Shown: piece after piece, positions 49,772 through 59,664 of the stretch | Numbering within the stretch: position 1 is the stretch's first letter | How the letters are laid out: the number at the start of each line of letters is the position of its first letter | Assembly: GCA_050486505.1 (NCBI GenBank) | Contig: JBJHDK010000001.1 | Location: 1-64,000 of the forward strand | DNA: 64,000 bases | Source: Fibrobacteria bacterium | GTDB taxonomy: Bacteria; Fibrobacterota; Fibrobacteria; UBA11236 | Reading direction: 5' to 3' | The notes under the pieces: generated by a model | Seen by the model: only the letters and a program-made list of their open reading frames with translations | What the model was told of the DNA's origin: nothing | Databases searched by the model: none | Made by a program: the position numbers and the translations under genes

Positions 49772-50128
49772 ATGCCCTCGCCCCGGTCCTTTCTCACAGC
49801 ATTCATCGTCTGGCTCGGCGGGCTCGTCGTCCTCTTTTTGGTCATCGATTTCCTCGTCATGCCCTGGGCGGCCGGCAAGTTCCGGCCCACGGTGGAGGTT
49901 CCCGCAGTGACGGGGATGGATCCCGCGCTGGCCGAAGACCGTCTGCGCGAGCTCGGGTTGCGGTTCGCGCATGAACGCTCCGCGGATGAGCACAGCATCT
50001 TGGTGCCGCGCGGGCTCGTTCTCACGCAAACGCCCGCCGCCGGCGCGCAGGTCAAGGCGGGCCGCCGCGTCTGGGTGGGCCTGAGTCTGGGACGCGAACC
50101 GTACGTCGTTCCCGACGGCGGCTCATGA
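49772..50128 (+). CDS. PASTA domain membrane protein
   Basis: N-terminal TM; VEVPAVTGM..A..L..LGL..VLTQTPAAG..VK..V.LSLG. Confidence 0.85.
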   Translation: MPSPRSFLTAFIVWLGGLVVLFLVIDFLVMPWAAGKFRPTVEVPAVTGMDPALAEDRLRELGLRFAHERSADEHSILVPRGLVLTQTPAAGAQVKAGRRVWVGLSLGREPYVVPDGGS

Positions 50129-51897
50129 TGCGCCCCGGCGCGCGTGCGCTGCTCGTCGCGGCCCTTGCCTTCGGTGGCGCCGCGCACCCCGCGTCAGGGG
50201 AGGAAACAGGGCGCGGCGCGGCCCGCGCGCTGTTCCTGGAAGCCCGGCAGCTGGAGCGGGCCGGCGACCATGCCGCCGCCCTGGAGCGCTACCGCGCGGC
50301 CTTCCATGAAGACCCCGTCAGTCGCGATCTCTGCTTCGTGCTCACCGAGCGGTTGAAGGATGCCGGAGACCTCGAGGAGGCGCTGGAAACGGGCGCGGCC
50401 TGCCTCGGCCTGCCGGGGGACACCCTGTACACCGACCATCGCCTGCTGGGCGAAATCGCCCTGCGTGCCGATGACCTCGCGGTTGCGCTGCACCACTACC
50501 GTGCGGCCTACGCCCTCAACCCGGGTGACGGCGACGTGCTCTTCATGCTCGCGGGCCTGCTCGAAGAAACCGGGGAGCAGGATTCCATCTATCTCGAGGT
50601 CCTCGAGGCGCTGCTGCCCAGGCTGAACTATTCCCCGCGGCTGATGGATCGCGCCCTGCGAGCCTACGCCCTCGCGGGGCGGGTGGGCGAGCTGGTTCCC
50701 TTGCTGCAAGCGGCCTGGGAGCAGGAGCGCCACCCGCACCACGGTCGCGTGCTCGCGGCCTGGTACGACGCCGAGGGTCTTCCGCTGTCGGTTCTGGGCG
50801 TCGCCCGCGAGCTGGCGGCGATCGATCCGTCGCCCGAGCACGACTGGTTGCTCGCGCGAGCTTATCACGCCTGCGACCGCCCCGACTCCGCGCTGGTGTT
50901 GTTCGAACGGTTGGCGAAGGCGCACCCGGACAACTCCGAAATCGTGCATTCGCTGGCGCGGGTCCTCTTCGAGCGCGGGCGCTACCGCGAGGCGCGCACG
51001 GCGGTGCTCCCCCTGTTGCGACGCGACGACTTCGATCGCGCCCGCGTGGCGTTCCTCGCGGGGGCCATCGACATCGAACTCGGGCGGCGCGGAGGAGAAG
51101 ACCTGATCCGCGAGGCGGCGGAACTCGAGCCCGATGTGCCGGGCTACAGGAGCTGGCTTGCGTATGCCGAATACGTCAGGGGCGGGCGCGGTGCGCGCGC
51201 GCGCGCCGAGGAGCACCTCGCGCCCGGTTCGGGCGCCGGTCTCGACGAAGAGGGAGCCCTGTGGTTCGAGGCGATGGCGCGGGGCATGCTGGCGCGGGAC
51301 CTCGTTCCCGCCGAGCCGTGGGAGCGCCCGCGGCGCTTCACCGATGCCGCCGAAGCCCGCCGCCACCGTCGCGTCGCCGTCGAGCGCCTCGAAGCGCTCC
51401 TCGACCGCGTGGAGGATCCGCGTACCGTGTTGTTCGAGTTGGGCGCGCATCTCGAGCGGCTCGGTGAGCGCGAACGCTCGCTCGCCGTGCTGCGCCGTCT
51501 CGTGGAACTCGATCCTGACCACACCCTCGGCCTGAATTACCTCGGTTATACCCTCATCGAGCCCGACGCCCCCCCGGCCGAGGATCTCGCCGAAGCCGGG
51601 CCGCTCATCCGCCGCGCGCTCGAACTCGACCCCGAGAGCGGGGCCTATCGCGATTCCTGGGGCTGGTGGCACTATCGCAACGGCAACCTTGATTCGGCGC
51701 GGGTATGGCTCGAGCGCGCCCTCGAAAGCATGCCGCACGATGCCGAAGTGCTCGCCCACCTGGCAGAAGTCGCCCTGGCGCAGGGCGACATCACCGCCGC
51801 TTGCGGTGCGTGGCACGCCTTGCGGAGCATCGATCCGCGCAGGGATCCGATGCCGGAGTGCCCCGAAGCACCGGCGCAACGCGGGCGGCGGCGGTGA
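50125..51897 (+). CDS. Tetratricopeptide repeat protein (exported)
   Basis: Signal peptide; TPR units; LNYLGYTL..RALELDP..YRDSWGW. Confidence 0.88.
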   Translation: MMRPGARALLVAALAFGGAAHPASGEETGRGAARALFLEARQLERAGDHAAALERYRAAFHEDPVSRDLCFVLTERLKDAGDLEEALETGAACLGLPGDTLYTDHRLLGEIALRADDLAVALHHYRAAYALNPGDGDVLFMLAGLLEETGEQDSIYLEVLEALLPRLNYSPRLMDRALRAYALAGRVGELVPLLQAAWEQERHPHHGRVLAAWYDAEGLPLSVLGVARELAAIDPSPEHDWLLARAYHACDRPDSALVLFERLAKAHPDNSEIVHSLARVLFERGRYREARTAVLPLLRRDDFDRARVAFLAGAIDIELGRRGGEDLIREAAELEPDVPGYRSWLAYAEYVRGGRGARARAEEHLAPGSGAGLDEEGALWFEAMARGMLARDLVPAEPWERPRRFTDAAEARRHRRVAVERLEALLDRVEDPRTVLFELGAHLERLGERERSLAVLRRLVELDPDHTLGLNYLGYTLIEPDAPPAEDLAEAGPLIRRALELDPESGAYRDSWGWWHYRNGNLDSARVWLERALESMPHDAEVLAHLAEVALAQGDITAACGAWHALRSIDPRRDPMPECPEAPAQRGRRR

Positions 51898-52634
51898 AGC
51901 CCGCCATGTCGCCACGCGGCCGGACCGGTGCGCTTCTCGTCCCGTGCATGATGGCCTTGTTCGCCGCCTGCGCTCCGCCCCTGCAAGACCCCTGGGGGCG
52001 CGACCTCGGGCGCGGAACTGACCCGGGGGATCCCCCCGCACTCCCCGAACGCATCGAAGCCGACCTCGAACTCATTCCCCGCGAGCGCGGCTCCGCCCCC
52101 TTCAACGCGCGGCTCTACGCCGAGCCGGGTCGGCGCTATCGCATCGACTTCATCGCCTTCACGGGATCGATCATCGCGAGCTGGGGATGGGAGGGGGGGG
52201 ACTGGATCCTCGTCAGGCACGACACGCGCACGGTGCGGCGCGGCAGGGGAGACGCGCTCGAGCTCGATGGCGTGCGGGCGCGGCTGCCCGACGTGCACGC
52301 GGTTCTGGGGTTTCTGTGGGGCCGCCCGCTGCCCGGGGTTCCGGGCGCGGACCCGCCGCACCTCGAAGGCGGCCTCCTGCACTGGACGCATGGGGGCGAG
52401 CCTTGGGACGCGCGCATCGACGCGTCCACCGGGCTGGTGCGGCGGGTGCGCTCGCCGGGGCTCGCGTTGCGCTACGCGCGCCACCGCGCCCGCGGTCCGC
52501 TGGTGATCGCGGAGGAAGCCGAACTCTTTCTCGACGGCGAATCGGCCCTGCTGCTGCGGGTCGATGCCTGGACCGCCGCTCCCGCGTGGGGGAGGGATCC
52601 GTTCGGGGTGAGGGTGCCGGGGAGTTATGAGTGA
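51894..52634 (+). CDS. Lipoprotein, LolA/LolB-like fold (inferred)
   Basis: Lipobox LFAA-C; YRIDF, LWGRPLPG; follows the TPR gene with a GTGA overlap. Confidence 0.6.
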   Translation: MKPAMSPRGRTGALLVPCMMALFAACAPPLQDPWGRDLGRGTDPGDPPALPERIEADLELIPRERGSAPFNARLYAEPGRRYRIDFIAFTGSIIASWGWEGGDWILVRHDTRTVRRGRGDALELDGVRARLPDVHAVLGFLWGRPLPGVPGADPPHLEGGLLHWTHGGEPWDARIDASTGLVRRVRSPGLALRYARHRARGPLVIAEEAELFLDGESALLLRVDAWTAAPAWGRDPFGVRVPGSYE

Positions 52635-52668
52635 GGAGTGGAGAGTTACGAGTTACGAGTGAGGAGTG
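52623..52668 (+). repeat. Heptamer array (TTACGAG/TGAGGAG)
   Basis: agttatgagtgaggagtggagagttacgagttacgagtgaggagt. Confidence 0.65.
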
Positions 52669-52725
52669 CTGCCGTCTCCGTCACCATTGTCTTTTCTCTC
52701 CCTGCGATCTAACTTTCCGCGCCTC

Positions 52726-52802
52726 GGTGGACGTAGCTCAGTTGGTAGAGCAATGGATTGTGGTTCCATTGGCCGGGGGTTCAAGTCCCCTCGTTCACCC
52801 CA
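52726..52802 (+). tRNA. tRNA-His(GTG)
   Basis: G-1 then GTGGACGTAGCTCAGTTGGTAGAGC; ATGGA-TTGTGGT-TCCAT; GGTTCAAGTCC; C-CCA. Confidence 0.96.
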
Positions 52803-52845
52803 CCCATTCACGCGTGTAACCTTCCGGCAACGTCCGGAGGGGACG

Positions 52846-52876
52846 AACCCCTGGAGACTTCTCCGGGGGTTTTTTC
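52846..52876 (+). terminator. Terminator after tRNA-His
   Basis: AACCCCTGGAG-ACTT-CTCCGGGGGTT-TTTT. Confidence 0.75.
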
Positions 52877-53298
52877 ATGGAATTCGGCCCCTTGATCACC
52901 CCGTAGCCTGTTATCGTATCCTGCGAAAAAACGGGGTCATTTTGCCGTGACACGATTGCAAACTTTTTATGTGGAGGGAGAACGATGGCAGATGACGACT
53001 TTCGTGGAGCCAATGGAAGTGCCTTTTTTGTGTCAATTATGCTGAAATTGCCAAAGTGGCGTACCTTCCGCAACTGTTATCAAGGGCAAGGCAGCCATCT
53101 CCAAAGCCGACAAAGTGTTATCACCATCATCGGCACCGTCGTTTTCCTTCCCGTGTGTTTTGGGGGCGAGCTATATTTGAGTCCAGAATCGCGGAAAATC
53201 ATGGATTCAAAACAAATTCGAAACACTTCTATGACATCCACGACACCCTTCGCCATTTTGACGAACATCGCCGGGCCGGCTGACGCGGCGGTGTCGGC

Positions 53299-54564
53299 AT
53301 GATCGCGATCGCCCTGATCACCCTCACGGCAGCGCTGGTCTCGATGTTCGTCCTGGGCCTGCTGGCGCGTTCCCCGCTCGCCCGTTATTTCGCCGACCGC
53401 CCCGATCATCGCAAGGTTCACCAGACGGTCATTCCACGCCTCGGAGGCGTGGGCATCGCGGCGGCCTTCGTGTTCTTCCTTGCAGGCGCCACCATCCTGC
53501 AGCTCTGGAGTCCCGAGCCCCGGTTTTTCGGGGTCTTTTTGTTTACCGCCATCTTCCTCTTGGTCGCGGGGGGGCTCGACGATGCCTACAACCTCGGGTA
53601 CAAACTGAAGTTCATGCTCCAGTTCGTGCTGGCCACGGTGGTGGTGATCGTTTTCCGCGTGCATCTGGAGCAGGTCTCCTTTCTGGGCTACCTCATGCCG
53701 GTGGGCGACATGGGACTGGTGGTCTCCATCTTCTGGATGGTGGCGGTGATGAACGCCGTCAACATCATCGACGGCATCGACGGGCTGGCGGGCGGAGTCT
53801 CGCTCCTGGGCGTCATCGGCGTCGCCGCGCTCGCCTACATGGCGGGGGCGAACGAAATCGTTTGGGTCTGCCTCGCGCTCGCGGGCGCGACTTTGGGCTT
53901 CCTTCGCTACAACATGGATCGTCGCCGCAAGATCTTCCTGGGTGACACCGGCTCCCAGTTCCTGGGCGCCTCGCTCGGTCTGCTGACATTGCAGATCCAT
54001 GCCCTGCCGACGGTGAACCACAGCATCCTCATTCCCCTGTTGCTGGTGGGATACCCGGCGCTCGACACCTCCGTCGCCATGGCGCGGCGCTTTTTGCGCT
54101 CGCGCAGTCCCGATCTCGGCGGGCGGGTCGCAAGCATGTTCAAGGCGGACAACGGACACATCCATCACCGCCTGGTGTATTCGGGGCTCTCGCACGTGCA
54201 GGCGACCTCGCTGCTGATGCTGCTGACATCGGGCTTCGTGGCCACGGCGGTGATCGCGCCCCAGGTCAGCTGGATGTGGGAAGCCGGCATCGTGGCCTAC
54301 TTCGCGCTGGCGCTGCTCTTCATGCTGCATCGCCTGGGATTCATGCCGCAAGGGACCGTGCGCCGCCTCGTCACCTTCGTGCTCGGCGGCGAACTTCCGG
54401 ACGTGAAGTCGGAGCGTCATGCGGCGCTGCGTTACGTTCCCGTCCACGCAAACCGTGTCGTGCTGCCGGAGGCGGATGCCGTCATCTCCGGAGCGGTGGC
54501 CGACCCGTCTGCGCGGGCTACGCGCACTGACACCCGTCCCGCGATCGAGACGCGGGATTTCTGA
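53299..54564 (+). CDS. WecA/MraY-family undecaprenyl-phosphate GlcNAc-1-P transferase
   Basis: RKVH..PRLGG, GGLDD, NIIDGIDGL, IFLGDTGS, HIHHRL. Confidence 0.93.
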   Translation: MIAIALITLTAALVSMFVLGLLARSPLARYFADRPDHRKVHQTVIPRLGGVGIAAAFVFFLAGATILQLWSPEPRFFGVFLFTAIFLLVAGGLDDAYNLGYKLKFMLQFVLATVVVIVFRVHLEQVSFLGYLMPVGDMGLVVSIFWMVAVMNAVNIIDGIDGLAGGVSLLGVIGVAALAYMAGANEIVWVCLALAGATLGFLRYNMDRRRKIFLGDTGSQFLGASLGLLTLQIHALPTVNHSILIPLLLVGYPALDTSVAMARRFLRSRSPDLGGRVASMFKADNGHIHHRLVYSGLSHVQATSLLMLLTSGFVATAVIAPQVSWMWEAGIVAYFALALLFMLHRLGFMPQGTVRRLVTFVLGGELPDVKSERHAALRYVPVHANRVVLPEADAVISGAVADPSARATRTDTRPAIETRDF

Positions 54565-54567
54565 CGC

Positions 54568-55038
54568 GTGCCGGCTGCCAGAAAGCACCGCGCCCTCATT
54601 GTGGGGCGGACGGCGCTGGGCCGGGAACTGCGCGAAATCCTCAACGGCTACGGGTATTTCGTCGAATACGGCGGCACGCGTCAGGAGGGCCTGCGCCTCT
54701 TCCGCGCCCATCGTCATGCGCTGGTGATTCTCGGCGTCGATACGATCACGGGCTTTCCCGAACGCCTTTTCCGCTTCTTTCACTTGATCCATGACAAGGC
54801 CATCGTGCTGGTCGCCTGCGACCGGCAAAGCGATGCGATGGCGGCGCGCTACGTCGTGTGGGGTGCCGACGACGTGCTGCGCCTGCCCATCCAGCGCGAG
54901 AGCCTCAACCTGATGCTCACCCGTGCCTCCACCTACCACCGCGACATGGTGCGCGACACCTTCCGCCGCCAGTTGCTCTGGTTCGGGGCGGCCATGCTGC
55001 CCCTGTGGGCCATGCTGGCGTATCTTGCCCTGCGTTGA
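54568..55038 (+). CDS. Degenerate receiver-like domain protein with C-terminal TM
   Basis: REC-like pattern (ALIV.., GADDVLRLPI) lacking the acidic pocket; hydrophobic C-terminus. Confidence 0.55.
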   Translation: MPAARKHRALIVGRTALGRELREILNGYGYFVEYGGTRQEGLRLFRAHRHALVILGVDTITGFPERLFRFFHLIHDKAIVLVACDRQSDAMAARYVVWGADDVLRLPIQRESLNLMLTRASTYHRDMVRDTFRRQLLWFGAAMLPLWAMLAYLALR

Positions 55039-55197
55039 ACATTTCTCCCGGTAACCCGTGATTTTCCCTTTCCCGGATGCGGTTGCAGGGGGCGACTATT
55101 CTAAATTGCCTGCCTTCCGTGCGGTGCGGCAGTGTGCCTGCCTCCCGGGAGCGGATTCGCACCAGCGACGGGTGCCCGGCCAAAAAGGAGTTCTTGC

Positions 55198-58100
55198 GTG
55201 AATCGATTGTTGCTCGCCGCCTGCGCCCTCTTGATTGCAGCTCCCTTCTCACCGGAGGCCCAGGTCACTCCTGCTCCCGAACAGATCGAGCGTGCCCTTG
55301 ACGCGATCCAGTCGGGCGAATTGCAATTGACGCCTGATCTCATCGACCGTGCGCGGCAGGAGTACCCCGAACTGCGGGACGTCCCTGATTCCGAAATCCG
55401 CAGCCGTGCAGAAGAATTGCGGCAGAACACGCCCGAAGATGCGGCCGGGCGTCGGCAACAGGCCGAAGATTTGGCCGGGGAGCTCGAAGACTTTACCGAT
55501 GAAATGGAAGAGTTCCCCGCCGAAAACGGCGAAGAGGTTGCCGAAAACGGTGAGGCGAACGAAGAGCTGACCCGGCAAGAGGGGGAGACGGAGAGCGAGT
55601 TTCTTTCACGTCGTGAGAGCGACGTGCGCGGGCAAGGTGTGGGGCCGGGTGGGCGTTTCCCGTTCGGCAGCCGCCGCTTCGGGGCCGACTTTTTCAACAA
55701 TGCCCAGTTGGGGGAAGGGCTCGGGCCCAACGCCCCCACCTTGCCCGAGTATGTGCTCTCGGCGGGTGACCAGATCGAGCTGTACATCTGGGGCCGCGAG
55801 AGCCGCAGCCTCACCGTGACCCTCGACAAGGACGGAATGTTCAAGTTCCTCCCGCTCGAGCCCTTCCGCGTGGCGGGCATGACCTTCCTCGAGGCGCAGG
55901 AGCTCATCACCAACGAGATCGAAAAAATTGCCGGCCTGCGTGTCTCCGTGGGCCTCGGCCGCGTGCAGAGCATCCGCGTCATGGTCGTCGGCGAGGCCAC
56001 GCGCCCCGGCTCGTACGTGCTCCCCGGCGGCATCACCGTCACCGGTGCCCTGTTCCGCAGCGGCGGCGTGTCGTCGATCGGCAGCATGCGCAACATCGAA
56101 GTGCGGCGCGGCAACGAGATCGCGGTGCGCTTCGACCTCTACGACATTCTGCTCAAGGGCGATGTGAGCGGCGACATCCAGTTGTTGCCGGGCGACGTGA
56201 TCTTCGTGCCCATCGCAAAGAAGCAGGTCGCTGTGCAGGGCACTGTCAAGCGTCCCGCGATTTACGAAGTTCCGAACAACTTTCGTGCCCTTGATGCCGT
56301 GGAACTGGCAGGAGGCTTGGCCTCCACCGCCCACAAGGGGCGTATCCGCCTCGACCGCATCGAGGGGAACAAGCGCAAGGTCGTACTTGATGTCGACATG
56401 GAGAAAGTCACCCCGCGCACCAATGCGGTTCTCGAAGACGGGGACATTCTCTTCGTGGATCGCGTCCTCGATCGTCTCGAGCAGGTGGTGTACCTCACCG
56501 GGAACGTCAACCGCCCCGGTCGCTATCAGTACACTCCCGGGATGACGGTGCGCGACCTGATCAAGTCGCGCGATGACCTTCGCCCCGAGACCTTCTTTGA
56601 GTATGGCCACATCCGTCGCCCGTCCCCGGAAGATGACCGTCCCACCTTGCTGAACTTTTCCTTGCGCGATGTCCTTGATGGCAGCGCCCGAGTCCAGTTG
56701 CAGCCGCGTGACGAAGTCGTGATCTACAACCGCTACCAGGTGCTGGAGCGCCCCTCGGTCCGTATCACCGGTTCGGTCCGTAACGGCGGCGAGTTCCTGT
56801 ACAAGGAGGGGATGCAGATCTCCGACCTTGTGATCCTCGCGGGCGGCCTCACCGACGCCTACCTGCCCGAGACCCATCTGCGTCGTGCAGTGTATGACGC
56901 CGAGAGGGATACGACCTTCGTGCGCCTGATTCGCATCAACCTCAGGGAAGTTCTCGAGAATCCGAAGTCCGAAGCCAATCTGCGCGTCAATCCGTTTGAT
57001 TCTTACACGATTTTCTCCCGTTCGCAGTTCGAACCCTCCAACCCCGTCAGCATTGCCGGCCCGGTGCGCCGCACGGGAACGTTCTCGCTGGCCGACTCGA
57101 TGCGCATCACCGACCTGATCGTTCAGGCGGGCGGTTTGGCGGAGGCAGCGCACACGCTTGAAGCCCACTTGCGCAGGCGGGTTTACGACACCGAGCGCGA
57201 CACCACATATACCGAACTGACGCGCGTGAACCTTCGCCGTGCACTTGAGACCCCCGGCGGAGAGCACGATCTGGTGTTGCGCCCCCACGATGCCCTTCGT
57301 GTTTTCAGCCGCAGATTGTTCGAACCAAGCCGTAGTGTCGCCATCACGGGGGCGGTTGCCAATCCCGGGCGTTATTCGATGGTGGAACAAATGCGCGTGA
57401 GCGACCTGATCGTGTTGGCGGGCGGCTTGCGCGACGCGCACCTGCTCGAAGCGCACCTCACGCGCAGGGTCCCGGTTCCCGAGCGCGACAGCTCCTATCT
57501 GACCTTGGTCCGCGTGAACCTCAAGGAAGCCATCGAGGATCCCGAAAGCTGGGAGAACATCACCTTGCGCCCCTTCGACTCGCTCCGCGTGCTGCCGCGC
57601 AGCCAGTTCCAGTTCGGGCGCTCGGTAACGATTCGCGGTTCGGTGCGCAGCCCCGGCGACTACAAGCTGGTGGAGGAGATGGATATTCCCGCCCTCATCA
57701 ACATCGCGGGGGGGCTCACCAAGAGCAGCTTCAAGCTCGAGATCGAGGTGGTGCGTCGCAACATCGTTGCTGACAGCGTCATGACACGCACCTTGAAGCG
57801 TCTGCGGCTTGTCGATATTCTCGAGGGCAAAGAAGGCTTCGCCCTGCAAGACGGCGACGGCATTTACATCCGCGACATCGTGCAATACCGCGAGCGCACC
57901 ACGGTCACGTTGCAGGGCGAGTTCAACTTCCCGGGCGTGTACGAGTTCGTGCCGGGAGAGACCATCAGCAGCGTGATCAAGCGCGCGGGCGGGTTCACCC
58001 CCGAGGCCTATGTGCGCGGCACGGTGTTCCTGCGCCAGAGCGTGCGCGACCAGCAGTTGCGTCACGCCGAGGAGGTGGGGCGCCGCGTCGAATCCCAGTT

Positions 58101-58647
58101 GCAGGCCGCCCTGCTGCAGGCCACCCGCGATGCCGACCGTACCCTCATTTCGGCCGCCATCCAGCGAAATTCCTTCATCGTGTCCGAAATCGCCCAAGCC
58201 CCGCACCTGGGCCGAGTGATCGTGCGCGTCGACAAGGACCTCAGGTTCGCCGGCAGCGACTGGGACATCCCGCTTGAGGAAGGCGACGTGATCCAGGTGG
58301 GGCCGCGCGTGAGCACGGTCTCCATCCTCGGCGAGGTGTACTCGCCCACCACCGTGATCCACACCCGTTCCACCAACACGGTGGGCAAGAGCCTCAACCG
58401 CGCGGGCGGGGTGAACAACTACGGTGACTACAAGAACACCTATTACGTCGACCCCGACGGAACCATCTCCACCCCGCGCACCACTGCCTGGTTCATGAGC
58501 TTCCGCGCCAAGCGGGTGCACCCCGGCGGCAGCGTGATCGTGCCGCTCAAGCCCCCGCCCAAGGACTACCTCGAGGCCTGGGTGCGCGGTACGCAGGTGC
58601 TCTACCAGCTGGCCATTACCGTGGGCGTGGCGAGGAACCTCTTTTGA
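55198..58647 (+). CDS. Polysaccharide export protein with multiple SLBB domains (KpsD/OtnA-like)
   Basis: AAGGAG RBS + GTG; EYVLSAGD, repeated G.V..PG.Y...DLI.LAGG units. Confidence 0.92.
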   Translation: MNRLLLAACALLIAAPFSPEAQVTPAPEQIERALDAIQSGELQLTPDLIDRARQEYPELRDVPDSEIRSRAEELRQNTPEDAAGRRQQAEDLAGELEDFTDEMEEFPAENGEEVAENGEANEELTRQEGETESEFLSRRESDVRGQGVGPGGRFPFGSRRFGADFFNNAQLGEGLGPNAPTLPEYVLSAGDQIELYIWGRESRSLTVTLDKDGMFKFLPLEPFRVAGMTFLEAQELITNEIEKIAGLRVSVGLGRVQSIRVMVVGEATRPGSYVLPGGITVTGALFRSGGVSSIGSMRNIEVRRGNEIAVRFDLYDILLKGDVSGDIQLLPGDVIFVPIAKKQVAVQGTVKRPAIYEVPNNFRALDAVELAGGLASTAHKGRIRLDRIEGNKRKVVLDVDMEKVTPRTNAVLEDGDILFVDRVLDRLEQVVYLTGNVNRPGRYQYTPGMTVRDLIKSRDDLRPETFFEYGHIRRPSPEDDRPTLLNFSLRDVLDGSARVQLQPRDEVVIYNRYQVLERPSVRITGSVRNGGEFLYKEGMQISDLVILAGGLTDAYLPETHLRRAVYDAERDTTFVRLIRINLREVLENPKSEANLRVNPFDSYTIFSRSQFEPSNPVSIAGPVRRTGTFSLADSMRITDLIVQAGGLAEAAHTLEAHLRRRVYDTERDTTYTELTRVNLRRALETPGGEHDLVLRPHDALRVFSRRLFEPSRSVAITGAVANPGRYSMVEQMRVSDLIVLAGGLRDAHLLEAHLTRRVPVPERDSSYLTLVRVNLKEAIEDPESWENITLRPFDSLRVLPRSQFQFGRSVTIRGSVRSPGDYKLVEEMDIPALINIAGGLTKSSFKLEIEVVRRNIVADSVMTRTLKRLRLVDILEGKEGFALQDGDGIYIRDIVQYRERTTVTLQGEFNFPGVYEFVPGETISSVIKRAGGFTPEAYVRGTVFLRQSVRDQQLRHAEEVGRRVESQLQAALLQATRDADRTLISAAIQRNSFIVSEIAQAPHLGRVIVRVDKDLRFAGSDWDIPLEEGDVIQVGPRVSTVSILGEVYSPTTVIHTRSTNTVGKSLNRAGGVNNYGDYKNTYYVDPDGTISTPRTTAWFMSFRAKRVHPGGSVIVPLKPPPKDYLEAWVRGTQVLYQLAITVGVARNLF

Positions 58648-59594
58648 GCGCCCCCGCCCCGCACTCCGATTCGCGACCCGACTCCCGTCCCGAGTCGCGG
58701 CCCGCCGGAGACGTCCTGGAAGGCGCCGCCGGGCCCGAAGATTTCGACGTCGTCAAGTGGTTGCTGCTCCTGTGGGCGCGGCGCAAATGGATTCTGGCTT
58801 CGGCCATGCTGTGCGGATTGCTGGGAACAATCGTGGCTTACCACACCGAGCCTGTCTATCGTGCCGACACCATTTTGACGCCGCGCGCAGAATCGGGGTC
58901 GGCGCGCGTGCTGTCGCAGTTGGGCGGCCTCGGCCGGATCATGGCGACCTCGATCGAGGCGGGCAACACTCCCTTGGATCGTCTCGAGTTGATTGCCACC
59001 AGTCGCAGCCTCGCCCTTTCGATCATCGAGAACGAGCCGGAGTATTTGCAAGTCCTTTTCCCCCATCTCTGGGACGAAGAGCGGGGTGAATGGCGGAGCG
59101 GCCGGGAGCCCAACAGGTTCTCCGCAGCCATGATGTTGCGGGGACGTTTCCTGACCGTGACGACGGATCGTCGCAAGAACGTGATGAACCTTCACATCGA
59201 GGCTCCCGATCCCGAGCTGGCCTTTCGCCTCGTGAACAGCTACATCAACGGGATGAACGTGTACATTCGCGAGAGCGTGCGCCGCTCGGCCGCGCAAAGT
59301 CGGGAGTATCTCGAGTCCGAACTCGGGGTGAACCACGATCCCCGCATCCGCAACCAGATCATCCAGCTCATCGCCAACGAGATTGAAAAAGCGGCTCTCG
59401 TGGCGGCCCAGTCCTTCGATGTCGTCGAGGCGGTCTGGATGCCGCGCGCCCCGATCAAGCCCCAAAAGAAGCGCATTATCCAGATCGCGATTCTCGCCGG
59501 TTTTCTGCTCGGCCCCCTGGGGGTTATCGCGTTCGAGAAGGGAAGGGACATTCAAGCCTACCTTCGCTCCCGTATCCGAAAGCTGGAGGGGTGA
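58644..59594 (+). CDS. Wzz-family chain-length determinant
   Basis: Two TMs; LWARRKWI, PVYRA, PRAPIKPQKKRI. Confidence 0.85.
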   Translation: MSAPAPHSDSRPDSRPESRPAGDVLEGAAGPEDFDVVKWLLLLWARRKWILASAMLCGLLGTIVAYHTEPVYRADTILTPRAESGSARVLSQLGGLGRIMATSIEAGNTPLDRLELIATSRSLALSIIENEPEYLQVLFPHLWDEERGEWRSGREPNRFSAAMMLRGRFLTVTTDRRKNVMNLHIEAPDPELAFRLVNSYINGMNVYIRESVRRSAAQSREYLESELGVNHDPRIRNQIIQLIANEIEKAALVAAQSFDVVEAVWMPRAPIKPQKKRIIQIAILAGFLLGPLGVIAFEKGRDIQAYLRSRIRKLEG

Positions 59595-59664
59595 TCTGGG
59601 CCCCGGTCGTTCAATGATGCATTCGGGGGTGGCTTCCGGTTCCGCCCTAGCCGGGATCTGAGCG

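Noticed and set aside
52726..53298. Integrative island at tRNA-His (or at tRNA-Leu)
   Set aside because: No integrase and no duplicated tRNA 3' end within the window; only an AT-richer promoter region.
55110..55140. ops/JUMPStart element upstream of the polysaccharide export gene
   Set aside because: GCGGCAGTGTG only loosely resembles GGCGGTAG, and there is no JUMPStart context.
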